From Lama guanicoe (Eukaryota), in NCBI GenBank assembly GCA_013239625.1, contig MU053652.1:2420001-2484000 (forward strand): 64,000 bases of DNA, read 5' to 3'. Each line of letters begins with the position of its first letter. Positions within the stretch are counted from its first letter, which is position 1. The notes under the pieces are model-generated. The model was not told the DNA's origin. It did no database searches and was given only the letters and a program-made list of their open reading frames with translations. A program made the translations under genes and the position numbers. This document shows, piece by piece, positions 38,213 to 48,898 of this stretch.

Positions 38213-38859
38213 CATATGACCCAGTAATCCTGCTCCTGGGCATATATCCAGAAGGAACCCTACTTCAAAAAGACACCTGCACCCCAGTGTTCATAGCAGC
38301 ATTATTTATAATAGCCAAGACATGGAAACAGCCTAAATGTCCATCAACAGATGACTGGATAAAGAAGATGTGGTATATTTATGCAATGGAATACTATTCA
38401 GCCATAAAAACCAACAACATAACGTCGTTTGCAGTAACATGGATGTTCCTGGAGAAAGTCATTCTAAGTGAAGTAAGCCAGAAAGAGAAAGAAAAATACC
38501 ATATGAGATCACTCATATGTGGAATCTTAAAAAAAAAAAGAACATAAATACAAAACAGAAACAGACTCATAGACATAGAATACAAACTTGTGGTTGCCAA
38601 GGGGGCGGAGGGTGGGAAGGGACAGACTGGGAGTTCAGAATTTGTAGATACTGACAGATATATGTAGACTAGATAAACAAGATTATACTGTATAGCACAG
38701 GGAAATATATACAAGATCTTGTGGTACCTCACAGCGAAAAAAAGGTGACAGTGAATATATGTATGTTCATGTATAACTGAAATTGTGCTCTGCACTGGAA
38801 TTTGACACAACATTGTAAAATGACTATAACTCAATTAAAAAAATGTTTAAAAATAAAAA
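38213..38859 (+). mobile_element. LINE-1 3' fragment (ORF2 end and 3'UTR), related to the young L1, in PODXL intron 4
   Basis: [19 protein letters not shown]...[13 protein letters not shown]-rich tail; imperfect TSD tagactggagttttaa (38197-38212) and tagactggggtgttaa (38860-38875). Confidence 0.92.
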
Positions 38860-39921
38860 TAGACTGGGGTGTTAAAAGGGAGCAGTGTTCCCCTGGGGTT
38901 GGGCTTACTGGACAAGGCAGGAATCACATTGATGCTTGCCCAGCCTTTCCTCTGGCTCTCTTTTTGGCTGAAACTTGGCAGGGGTGTGTTTGGTCATGAG
39001 AAGCCTTTTTTTTTTTTTTTTTTCATTTGTTATAAATGGAAAGAGGAAATCCCTGGCTCTTTACCTGATATCAGTCTGCGAAATTAGTAAGCCTAAGGAA
39101 ATTCCAGGTAGAAACCCAAGGAATAGTTTGTGGGGCAGGCCATACCAAGAGTTCTTTTCTTCATCCTGGTACCCTTAACTCCAAAACTGGTCAGAGAAAC
39201 ATCAGTTTGGGGTGCCTGTGGATGACGTGGCAGGACTGGGTAAAAGCAGCCCTCACTTTGCTTCCTCATTCTCAGCCTTAAAGCCATGTCAGCCAGGCCA
39301 TTTCTGTTTAGAAATGTAGAAAGCTTCCTTCTAAGATGTTCTCATGTGCATCTTCAAGGTACTCCCAAGTTCCCCTCTTCAGTGACGGCCTCGCTTTTCT
39401 CCCTGTCAGCCTGTTTATGGTTTCAGTGTCTTAGCCCAGGGAACGGGCACACCTTTCAACTTCGGGATAGATAAACTTGATCTGAGAGTCAGGGCTACCC
39501 ACCCCACCCCCATGAGGTTTCTGAACTCGGCATCAAAGGCTGGTGAATGGCAGGTTCAGGTGGGACTGGTGTCTTCCCCACTGGCAGTGCCTCCTCAGGG
39601 AGAGGTGGTAACAGGCAATCAGGTCATGATCCTTAAAGAGATTTGAGGGAGAAAGCAGCACTAGGGCGAATGGTATTGTTCAACCACGGACGAGATAAAT
39701 GGTGGGAGGAGACCTGGGGATGAGATCGGCAAGGGGCAGAGGAGGCAGGTGCTGGCCCAGGAGGACAGCACGTCACTCGCCACTCTGGCAGGCCTGGGAC
39801 TGGCACCGGTTGAGGCTAGAGTAGGGAATAAGTTCACATCTGACCTGAGCTTCGAAGGGCAGCCCCACAAGCCTAGGCTAATGTCATGATCCTTGAGAAA
39901 TCACCTGTGGTCTCCCCACAG

Positions 39922-40072
39922 CAGGAGGCAAGCCCTTTCAATGAGAAACTGGTCACACTTCTGTGCCAAGCAGCAAATGCCACCTTCAGCCTAGTTCAAG
40001 ATGAGTGCTGTGTTCGGCTGGCACCTGTTACAGACTTTCCGGGAGTGCAAATCAAAGAAGTCACTATTCGCA
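39922..40072 (+). CDS. PODXL: Podocalyxin exon 5 (globular domain)
   Basis: tctccccacAG acceptor; QEASPFNEKLVTLLCQAANATFSLVQDECCVRLAPVTDFPGVQIKEVTIR resembles human DEKLISLICRAVKATF..QDKC; donor A|GTGAGT, phase 1. Start may be 39925 (NAGNAG). Confidence 0.9.
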
Positions 40073-40291
40073 GTGAGTTGAGGGCAAGGTGGGGGTTGAG
40101 GCCAATGGGGGTGGGAATAGGGCAGAGGGTGGCTGCTCAGGAGCCACAAGGATGGGTCAGTTGTCAACTCCCAGCCACCTGAGAGAGAGACACCACTCAG
40201 GAGATTGAGATACAGTATGTCCTCCTCTGTCCCTTACCATGTCACTCTGAGCTAGACCACTGAAGCCGCATCTCTCCCTCTCCCCCCTCAG

Positions 40292-40353
40292 AAAGATTCT
40301 CTCCCAAGGACGTGTATGAACTGCTGCACAATAAATGGGATGCGCTAAAAGGG
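40292..40353 (+). CDS. PODXL: Podocalyxin exon 6 (stalk)
   Basis: Long pyrimidine tract plus AG at 40290-40291; (K)RFSPKDVYELLHNKWDALKG resembles human KDVYERLKDKWDELKE; donor GGG|GTAAGT. Confidence 0.92.
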
Positions 40354-40620
40354 GTAAGTGGATGCCCCCCTGTGTTGGGACAGACTGAGTCAGGAGCCTG
40401 TCCCTCTGAAGTCCCTGGTTACCTTGCTTGGGCGTCTCTCTCATTGTCAAGGAACCTCCAGTTTGCAAGTATCTAGACGGTAGGCAGATAAGGGGGCAGC
40501 AGGGCGGTGGAATAGGCCCCACCAAACCCCAAGCAGAGGAGCTCAGACATGAATGGTAGTTCTGAGAGAGGGTGCCCCGGAACCTGTTCTCTGCCACATA
40601 GCTTTCTCCTTCTCGGCCAG

Positions 40621-40788
40621 GTGGGAGTTACTAACATGGCATTGGGGGATCGAGGACCACCAGAAGAGACTGAGGACCGGTTCAGCATGCCCCTCATCAT
40701 CACCATTGTCTGCATGGCATCCTTCTTGCTTCTGGTCGCGGCCCTCTATGGCTGCTGCCACCAGCGCCTCTCCCAGAGGAAGGACCAG
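40621..40788 (+). CDS. PODXL: Podocalyxin exon 7 (transmembrane helix and juxtamembrane HQRLSQRKDQ)
   Basis: VGVTNMALGDRGPPEETEDRFSMPLIITIVCMASFLLLVAALYGCCHQRLSQRKDQ, nearly identical to mammalian PODXL; AG at 40619-40620, donor CAG|GTGAGG. Confidence 0.97.
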
Positions 40789-40944
40789 GTGAGGACTTAT
40801 TCCCCTGGCCAGGGAGCAGTCTGGGTCACTAGATGACGCTCACCCCATTGTTCCCATATTAGAGAGAAGTGAATGGGCCACGGACCCTTTCTGATAGGCA
40901 TAGGCCGTCCCTTATAGGAAATGGAAACTTACATGAAAAAGTAA

Positions 40945-41145
40945 AGAGGCAGCATGGTGGAGGGGAAGAAGATGGTGGAGGGGAAGAAGATGGGCTTTAG
41001 AGTCAGGAAGACCTGGTTTAAGCCCTAGCTCTGCCTCCTGTTATCTGGGTGGCCTTGAGCAAATCATATGGTCTCTGAGCTTCAGGTTTCTCATCTGCAT
41101 AATGGGGATTATACCCACCTTGCAGAGCTGCTCTGAGGACCCACT
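40945..41145 (+). mobile_element. MIR SINE with an 18-bp tandem duplication (40954-40989)
   Basis: gaggcagcatggtg..ggctttagagtcaggaagacctgg..tctgagcttcaggtttctcatctgcataatgggg. Confidence 0.75.
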
Positions 41146-41805
41146 GATAGAAATGAGCCTGAGCACGCCTGTCTGACCAGAAGTTCTTTCACTTCCCTCA
41201 TTACAGTTCCACCCATACCCATGGTTCTACCCTGGCTGTACACTGGTGAGCTTTAAAAAATCCTTATGCTTAGCTTCCTCGCACACCAATTGAAACGGAC
41301 TCTCTGGATTAGTATATTTGTTAAAACCTTCCTGGGGACTCTACTGTGCAACCCAGGTTGTATCTTGGGTAAAGATGGAGAGAAAGCACTATCTCCGGCG
41401 GCTCCTGTCTGCAGCAGAGATGGCTGTAGGTTCTGCTGTACCCATCTTGCTCAGGCTTAGGGAGGTCCTCAGTTACATGGCCTGATGAAAGTAATTTTCT
41501 TAAAGTTCTTCCCAATTCAATGCAGTGGGGTAAGGCAGGGGCCTGGAGTGTAAAGTTGGGTGGGAAGGTATGGAGGCAAGAGGAGAGTGGAGGACTCTGG
41601 AGAACAAACTCCATTTTCACTGACCTCATGGATTTGCCACCAGGGCAAAGGCAAGGTGCGCTGGGAATTTTAGGATGTTGGGCGAGTTCATAGACTAGCC
41701 CTGAGGCTGGCCAGTCATCAGGATGGCCTCTGGGAGCACCTACTACTCACATTAACCAAATTGGAGTTCCTGGATTATAGGTACAGCTGTTATATTAAAG
41801 CTATA

Positions 41806-41930
41806 TTCCGGCTGCGGCCCTCTATGGCTGCTGTCACTAGCGCCTCTCCCAGAGGAAGGACTAGGTGAGGACTTACTCACCTAGCCAGGGAGCAGTCCAG
41901 GTCACTAGATGACTCTCACTCCATTATCCC
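41806..41930 (+). repeat. Diverged local duplicate of 40730-40855 (end of PODXL exon 7, its donor and the intron start)
   Basis: Manual alignment gives about 14 substitutions and one 1-nt gap over about 125 nt. Confidence 0.95.
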
Positions 41931-41970
41931 CTCAAAAATTACTCTTTTTTCCTTGCGTCATCTCCTATAG

Positions 41971-42168
41971 CAACGACTAACAGAGGAGCTACAGACAGTG
42001 GAGAATGGTTACCATGACAATCCAACACTGGAAGTGATGGAGACCTCATCAGAGATGCAGGAGAAAAAGGTCGTCAACCTTAATGGGGAGCTGGGGGACA
42101 GCTGGATCGTCCCTCTGGACAACCTGACCAAGGATGACCTAGATGAGGAGGAAGACACACACCTCTAA
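41971..42168 (+). CDS. PODXL: Podocalyxin last coding exon (cytoplasmic tail ending in the PDZ-binding motif DTHL)
   Basis: tctcctat[70 protein letters not shown], stop TAA at 42166-42168. Confidence 0.98.
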   Translation, partial: QRLTEELQTVENGYHDNPTLEVMETSSEMQEKKVVNLNGELGDSWIVPLDNLTKDDLDEEEDTHL

Positions 42169-45100
42169 TCAGGTCTGCGGGCGGCCTCCAGCAGTGCACA
42201 GAGCTCCGGCTGAACCACCTCAAGTGCCATTTGGATAGGGGAGGAGATCCTCCCCCTCTGAGGGAAAGACTGGGGAGGAGACCAGACTTGGAGGGCTCCC
42301 TCCTTCCAGTCCCCACAGGCCTTATTCTTCAAGTTGAACACATTCTGTCTAGAATCCTTTCGTAAAATAATCCACTAGTGCCTGAGCTCAGTGCTGCTGG
42401 GGGATCTGGAAAGAGCCACATTTAGAGATGAGCTAGTAGAATTCCTTCATTTCACAGACTGGCCTAAAGAGAGTAAAGTCAAGGTCACCCAGCTACTGGG
42501 TGACAAGAGTTAGGATGAAAACAAAGATTACTTCGTTCAGTCCAGTGCTCATTCCCACCATGCCATGCTCTTGCGGTCACCTGTGCCCTCCCTCCAGAGC
42601 TGCCCTGGGCAGGGGGTGAAGCTGCCAGTCAGTGGATAGGATGGAGGGGAGAGCAAGGCCAGATCCTGTCTCAGTGGAATCTGATACTTGAAGGGATTGG
42701 TCCCCTTTTCTGTCTCCTACGCCAGCCTCGTCTGCCAGTGTCCCATCCTCTTTCTTCTCCCTGCTCCCTTCACTCAGTTTTTATTCCCACTCTGTCCCAG
42801 AGCCCCTGGGACTAACACAGGTCATTCATGACCTTGAACCCATTGTTCTGGATTCTAGTTTCCTGGCATTTGCTTAATGAGTTAGGACTGAACACCCCCT
42901 CCCCCCAAAACACCAGTGTGAACAGGTCTCCCCAAGGGTCCATCTACAGGTGAAGAGAGAAGGGGACACCCTTCCTCCCAGGAAGGGCCCTGGCAAAGCC
43001 CCCCAAGGCACTCCTTGAAGAGGCTCCCCCGAGCGCTGCTTTGGCCTCCTGTTCCCACCAGGGGCTAACATCCACAGGCAGCTACTGAAGGCAAAGTTTT
43101 GTTGTCACTGCTTAGCTGATACACTGGGGGTGAAGACCCAAGCTAGGGCATCCCCTTGAGATCCTGCGTGAAAGAGCAGCTTTAGGGCAGAGCTTCTTGG
43201 GGCCCAGTCAGCAGAGAGGTATCTTAACAATCGATTAAAATAGCAGGAAGGAGAGGCTTTACTCTCCACTTTGTAGGGAGCTCAGGGGCTTTGCAGGTCG
43301 CTGAGAGTGTTGTTTTTAATCCAGCCTCTACTGCCAAAGGCCGAAGCTCCAGTGTTGGGAGGCTTTTGGGTAGATTCCCATGTACCTGTGCCACAAGGTA
43401 AGATAGGCCTAGATCAGTGGTGCATTAGGGGCAGCTCGAGGGGCTGGCCTTCCATTCCCAGCAACCTCCCACCGTCCGGGGACAGAGCTACACCTTGCTG
43501 TGTCCCTTCCTCTGTATTCCCAGCGGGGCTGCCCAGTGCTCCTTCGGGTTTTGGTGGCATCTCAGGGAAACAAAATGCTGATGCTGCCCGGTGGAGGGGT
43601 TTTGAGGGCACTCAGCAGGTAAACGGCACCTGAGGACTGGGCATGGTGAGATTTCCTCCAATTTTCTGAGAAGAGGGAATCCTGTATGGAATTTTGAACT
43701 TTGCCCGTGGTCTCTATTGTTCCTGGACATAAATTCCCTAAAACCAACTAGGAAGAGAGGGAGAACTGCTTAGGAAAATGAAAATGGTCATTTCAGGGCA
43801 AAAAGCCAGACCCCCCCCCCCCCATTTCGTGACAGGCCCAGGCTGCAGTAGTTCTGATAAAATAGGCTATCTGCTTTGGGATAGGTTAGTTTTCCAAAGG
43901 GGAGGAGCTTAGGGGGAAGACCAATGTCTATGTCCTTCCTTGGCCACCTGATTCCCTATTCGTAGCCTTTAGCCATTTGGTATCCAGGGGAAAAGGAAGG
44001 CCAGGGGTTCAAGTAGGACCCCAGTGAGCTTCCCAAGAGCTGGAAGATGCTAAGCTAAAAAGGGTCTAAAAGTATCTGCCCTGATTCTCTAGTCTCTAGT
44101 ATTTGGAGGTTGGCAAGATGGAGTAATGCCAGTTTGGGGAAAAACAGAGGAAACCTTGTTTAACTGGGAAAAGATCTGTTTGCTTCTTTCTTACACACTG
44201 TTTGGGTCTTTCTAGCCAGTGGGATCATGGCCACGATGGGAGAGGCCAGACTGGATTGTTACTCCTTTGCTGATTCTGGGTCACATTTCACCTGCCAGCT
44301 TTAGACAGACATGAACAGTGTCTCTGCAAACCAAAGGCTGCAAACCCCAGGCCTCTTGGGGAGAGAGAGAAGACTGGCAAAGACAGTAAACACTGTGCTT
44401 GGTCCAGAGGAGTGACTGTGTCCCTGTCCAACGACAACCTTGAGAAGCTTTGGGCCAGTTCAGAGGTTCTTTCTTTTGGTATATCCGAATTATATTGCTC
44501 TAGCCTTTTAGGGCACCTTGCCTTGGCTTGCTTCTGCCACTAGACATCTGTGTCAAAGGCCACACAGCCACGTATCTGTCAAGGTCATCTTCCCACATCT
44601 TTACTGGGCTCTAATACTGTCTGCAGTTCACACTCTGGGGCTGAGAGGAGAGAAGAGGAACACCATCAGGAACTCTGCATGACTCAAAACAGGTTGTGCC
44701 AAAGAGAGATGATGAAGTCTTTATTCCAGTCCCTGAACTGCATAAGAGGCCAGAAACCATGAGCCTGATGATTGGGCAAAATCCAGCGGGAAGTGCGCTG
44801 TCGTGAGTGGGGAGAGATGCAGCTGTGAAGAGGGTACAGAATAGTCTCTGCATCATAGGACAGGATATGGGTTTAATTTGGTCTGGACACAAGATTCTTC
44901 TTTCCCCTCTTGATAAAGACAGCTAGCAGAAAGTTTATTTAAGCCACTTCAGGAGCTTTATCTTTTTGACAATATACTGGAGAAACTTTGAAAAACACAT
45001 TCATGCTGAAATATATATATATTTTGATAATGCAAATACAACAGCCACATGTTAATCCACCCTGCACTTCTTTGAATATACTCCGAAGCATTTGTTAGCT

Positions 45101-46056
45101 AAGAGAGATGTTTTTTTTCCCTCTAAACAGGAATGTAAATGTCTGTTTTACTAGAAATGACAAGTTTTTGTTTTTCTTTGTTGAAAAACGAAATACAAGA
45201 AAGGCTGATGATCACAGATATTTTAAATACAATCCTCACCTCTCCCCAGTAAAGTCCCATCACATTACAGTAAGGGTCGGAGTCCATATGCAGTGGTTGG
45301 AAAGTGACACTCTAGTCGTAGGGAGAGGGTTTTAGAACCTAATCTTTTTTTTTTTTTAACAGGAAAAGAACCTGAAGCCCAGAAAGATACAGTGACTTGG
45401 CCAAAATCACATGTTTAGTGACAGAAACAGGATTACAACCTGGGTTGGAAGACTGTCCAAATGCTGTGTGCCTCAGGAAGAATCAAGAAATTAAGGACTG
45501 TTAATGAAGGACAGGCACCAGAATGACACAAAGGCCAGAATTCCCTTCTCAGATCTCCTGCAGCAAGGCTAGGGAGAGCGTGAAGCCAAGAATAGGCACC
45601 CTACTGGTCTCCTACGCTTCTGAGTTATTTAGGTCTACGACTTAAATGAACAATTGTTTTCTACCAAGAAATAGTTTTGAATGAGCTTTTACCTATAGAT
45701 CGTCTATTAATAGGACTAAGGATCAAAGGGAACAAGACAGGAAGGCAGAGGGGACGAGAGCAAAGCAGTGGCGTATCTTTCATCACTGCCATTAGCTGAT
45801 TCACTCAGGTTTGGTGAAAACCCAACACTGAGTGAAAGGAGGGGATTAGTATTTGCTGTGGGTCTTTTAAAAACTAGTGAATGTTAAAGAATTTGCCCAG
45901 GACACTGGGGAAGCATGTGTGTTAGTGGACAGGGGTCTAAAGTACACTGGAATTGAGAAACCTGTTTGTAAAGACTACTTAATTGTTGACATTTTCTTAC
46001 AAAAATATATTTTGTGAAATTGTTTACTATCAATTAAAGTGCTTTTGTGTAAGCTG
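42169..46056 (+). other. PODXL: PODXL 3'UTR (end approximate)
   Basis: Follows the stop codon and runs to ATTAAA at 46033 with T/GT-rich sequence after it; length fits the ~4 kb UTR known for mammalian PODXL. Confidence 0.7.
46033..46038 (+). terminator. PODXL: PODXL polyadenylation signal ATTAAA
   Basis: caATTAAAgtgcttttgtgt, preceded by an AU-rich block. Confidence 0.7.
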
Positions 46057-48892
46057 GTTCAAGCCCTAGTATTTTGCTCTGACTGGGTTACATTCTTCAC
46101 TTGTGCGTGAGGCTTGTCACTTGAAGCCCCTGAAGACATCAGGCGCTCCGGTGAGCGTAGTAACCCCTGCTGTTGTTGCTCCTGCTTAACTGCGCAGAAG
46201 CATTTGTTAGCTAAGAGAGAGGGTACAAGAGAAGCACAGAAGCTGAAAGGAAGGAAACGGGATCCTCAAGGTGATGACAGTTCTCCAGATTATCTCTGGC
46301 TGCTCTGGTGATCGTAAGTCAGAGGCTCTCATTTTCCCTCACAACACTGTTTATCAGTATTTTACCCTCTTCCTTCCCTCTGCTTCTGCCTCAGATACAA
46401 CTATGAACCACCCACCACCAAAGATCCCAAGGGGGCTGCTGAAGCCTGATCAGGTATGAAAACACTGGCACAGAGACCATACAAAAGCGAAGGAGTCTTT
46501 TCTGCCCATAAAAGGATATTTACTTGTCAGAAACTGCCTCTGCCTGTCCCCTGTCTAGACACACAGAGGAGATGAAGGAGGTTCAGGAAAGGTGATTCTG
46601 ATTCTCTTCATGTCCCGAGGTGGTATCATCTACCTGTGTGTTTCTTCAGTGCTAGGGGAACGCTTCGTCACGGCCAGCTCGCAGAAGGGCAACCGACAGG
46701 CGAATCTGGCCCACATTCATGGTTGCTGTACAGCCGTCTCTTCTATTTGCCTGGCCTCATAACAGTTTACAAAACATTTTTACACATTTTATTTAGGAAT
46801 TGTCACCACTGTACGGACTGAGCAGAGAGATTAAGGATTCTCTTTGGGATCACACAGCTATTTAAATGGTACTGCTAGGCCTTGAATCTGTATCTTTTCT
46901 CTCTTCAGTCCTACGTTCTTTTCTCAATACCACATTAATGCTTGAGTTCCAGTACTAACAAAGTACACTTCTAGCATGTAACTACTATTAGAATATGATT
47001 TTCCCTTCATTCTGAAAGGCAGTGAACAGCCTTAAGGGTGGGCCAGAGTTGGGCCAGGGGTATTTTGAGGTTAGCTTCGAGAGCATGCCGAGGGTACAGA
47101 AAGGAGCACAAGTGCAGGAACTCAGGCAGGCCCCTGGCCACACTGTTCTAAGAGAGGGACTCATATTTACCATGACCACAAAGACCCAAGACTCCATTTC
47201 TCTTCCTGAATAGGTCATTCCCTCTGCTCCCTGCTCTGCCAACCCAAAGGCACTCTGAGTTGTCATATTTAATTTGTACGCCTCTGTCACTCATAGCCCC
47301 CCATCCTACAAGCTCCCTCCCAAACCACATATTTCTTTTGTACCCCAAGGGAAAAAAGTAAATAAAGAATAAGACTGGCTACTATAATTAGCAGTACTGA
47401 TAAATACTGAGATAACTAGTATTTTTCAACAACCTTGCATTTTATAGATTAAAAAGTTGGGGTCCTAGCAAACAGGATCTGCTGCCAAGATTTACTTACA
47501 AGATGGAGAAAGTGAGGCAAGGGAGTCGAGACTGTCCAGTGCTTCACAGAAGTCACTGGCGAATCTGGAAGCAAACCTAGGATTCCTGACTCCTGCCCTG
47601 CGCAATCCATCCTTAACAGCCCAAATTCAGAGGGCAGGTGTATAAAACATGCTACAGAGATTACCAGGTGTCCTAATCTCCCCTCTTGGGTTTTATCAAC
47701 TATCAAAATTTCCTAGCACAGCAGGGGACAGATCCACAGATCACTTCTGTGGTCTTCAACTTCTGTAACTTTTCTCTCGTTCTTCCCTGTAATAAGAATG
47801 TTTCTGGAAAGGATGTAACTAGCCACCTTTGCTTTTCCTAGGTGGGAGAAAAGTCCCCGGTAGGTCTCCACACTCATTTGACGTGGGAGCAGCTGGCATC
47901 TCAACTGTGTTAAACACAAAGGCCTCTTTACTTACTGCCACCTTCCCACCAGATGACAAAGATAGCCAGGAGAGGAGGTGGTGATCCACATTTAGATCCT
48001 TTTGAGTTAATTCTCTGGAGGATTAACCCAGGAAAGGCCAATTCCTTACCTTATCACTGCACATCATGCTTTCCTGTTGTGAAAACAGAAATGTTACTTA
48101 GGAGCCATGATCAAAGCACCTCTAGAAATGAAAGCTATGCAGTGAGATGGATTATTCACCTGGAGAATGAGAAAACATAATCCTTATTTTGAATAACATC
48201 AGTTGACAACTAATTTGCTGTAGAATGCAGGATCACATACAGAGCCAGTAAAGCGTGAGCCAGATCAGGAGATGGAAAGGGCCAGAAGGAGGGCTCCTTG
48301 TTACTGAGAGTCTATCTGGAAAGCTCACACAACTCAACCCTAATAGTCCATTATCTTTGGCATAGTTCTGAATTCATTTTCTTTTTCAAGGTTCAGCCCT
48401 TTCCCTTTCTTTGGGGACAGGGACCCATAATTTTCTGAAACTCTGCAACATCTCCAGATTCTCTCTACTCTCTCTTCTACAATTAATTTCAGTTCAGTCT
48501 TTTCTTCTAGTTCCTAACCTGTAAGTATGTCCCCCTTAAAGAAAACCTGGGAAACACAAGTCCAAATTTACAAGACAGATAAAACAGGGCTGGTGATTAA
48601 CAGTAGATTAAAAAAAAAACTATCATTTAAAGAAATAACTTACCAGAGTCCTTTAAAAATGGAAACTTGCCCAGAAACTTTAAGATCCACTAGAACTTCT
48701 TTATTTTAGCACTGCTTCAGAGGAAAACAAGGCCCTTCTCCATGTATCATTTTCTGTCTTTGGAAGCCTGAATAAAACTCACCTTCCTGAGAGAAAAATA
48801 CTAATTGCAAAGTATGTAAACATTTAAAAAGTTGACTTCAAAAGCAGTTTTATCAAACACAAGAGATATCTTGTATTGTCCATATATAACTT

Positions 48893-48898
48893 TTTATT
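48893..48898 (-). terminator. MKLN1: MKLN1 distal poly(A) signal AATAAA
   Basis: Minus-strand AATAAA with clustered upstream TGTA motifs (tgtatgtaatgtac) and downstream GT-rich tcttgtgtttg. Confidence 0.65.

Noticed and set aside
41806..41930. Exon-7 duplicate as an assembly artefact or as a functional mutually exclusive coding exon
   Set aside because: About 11% divergence argues against mis-assembly. It lacks most of the transmembrane segment and the original acceptor and has two in-frame TAGs, so it cannot replace exon 7.
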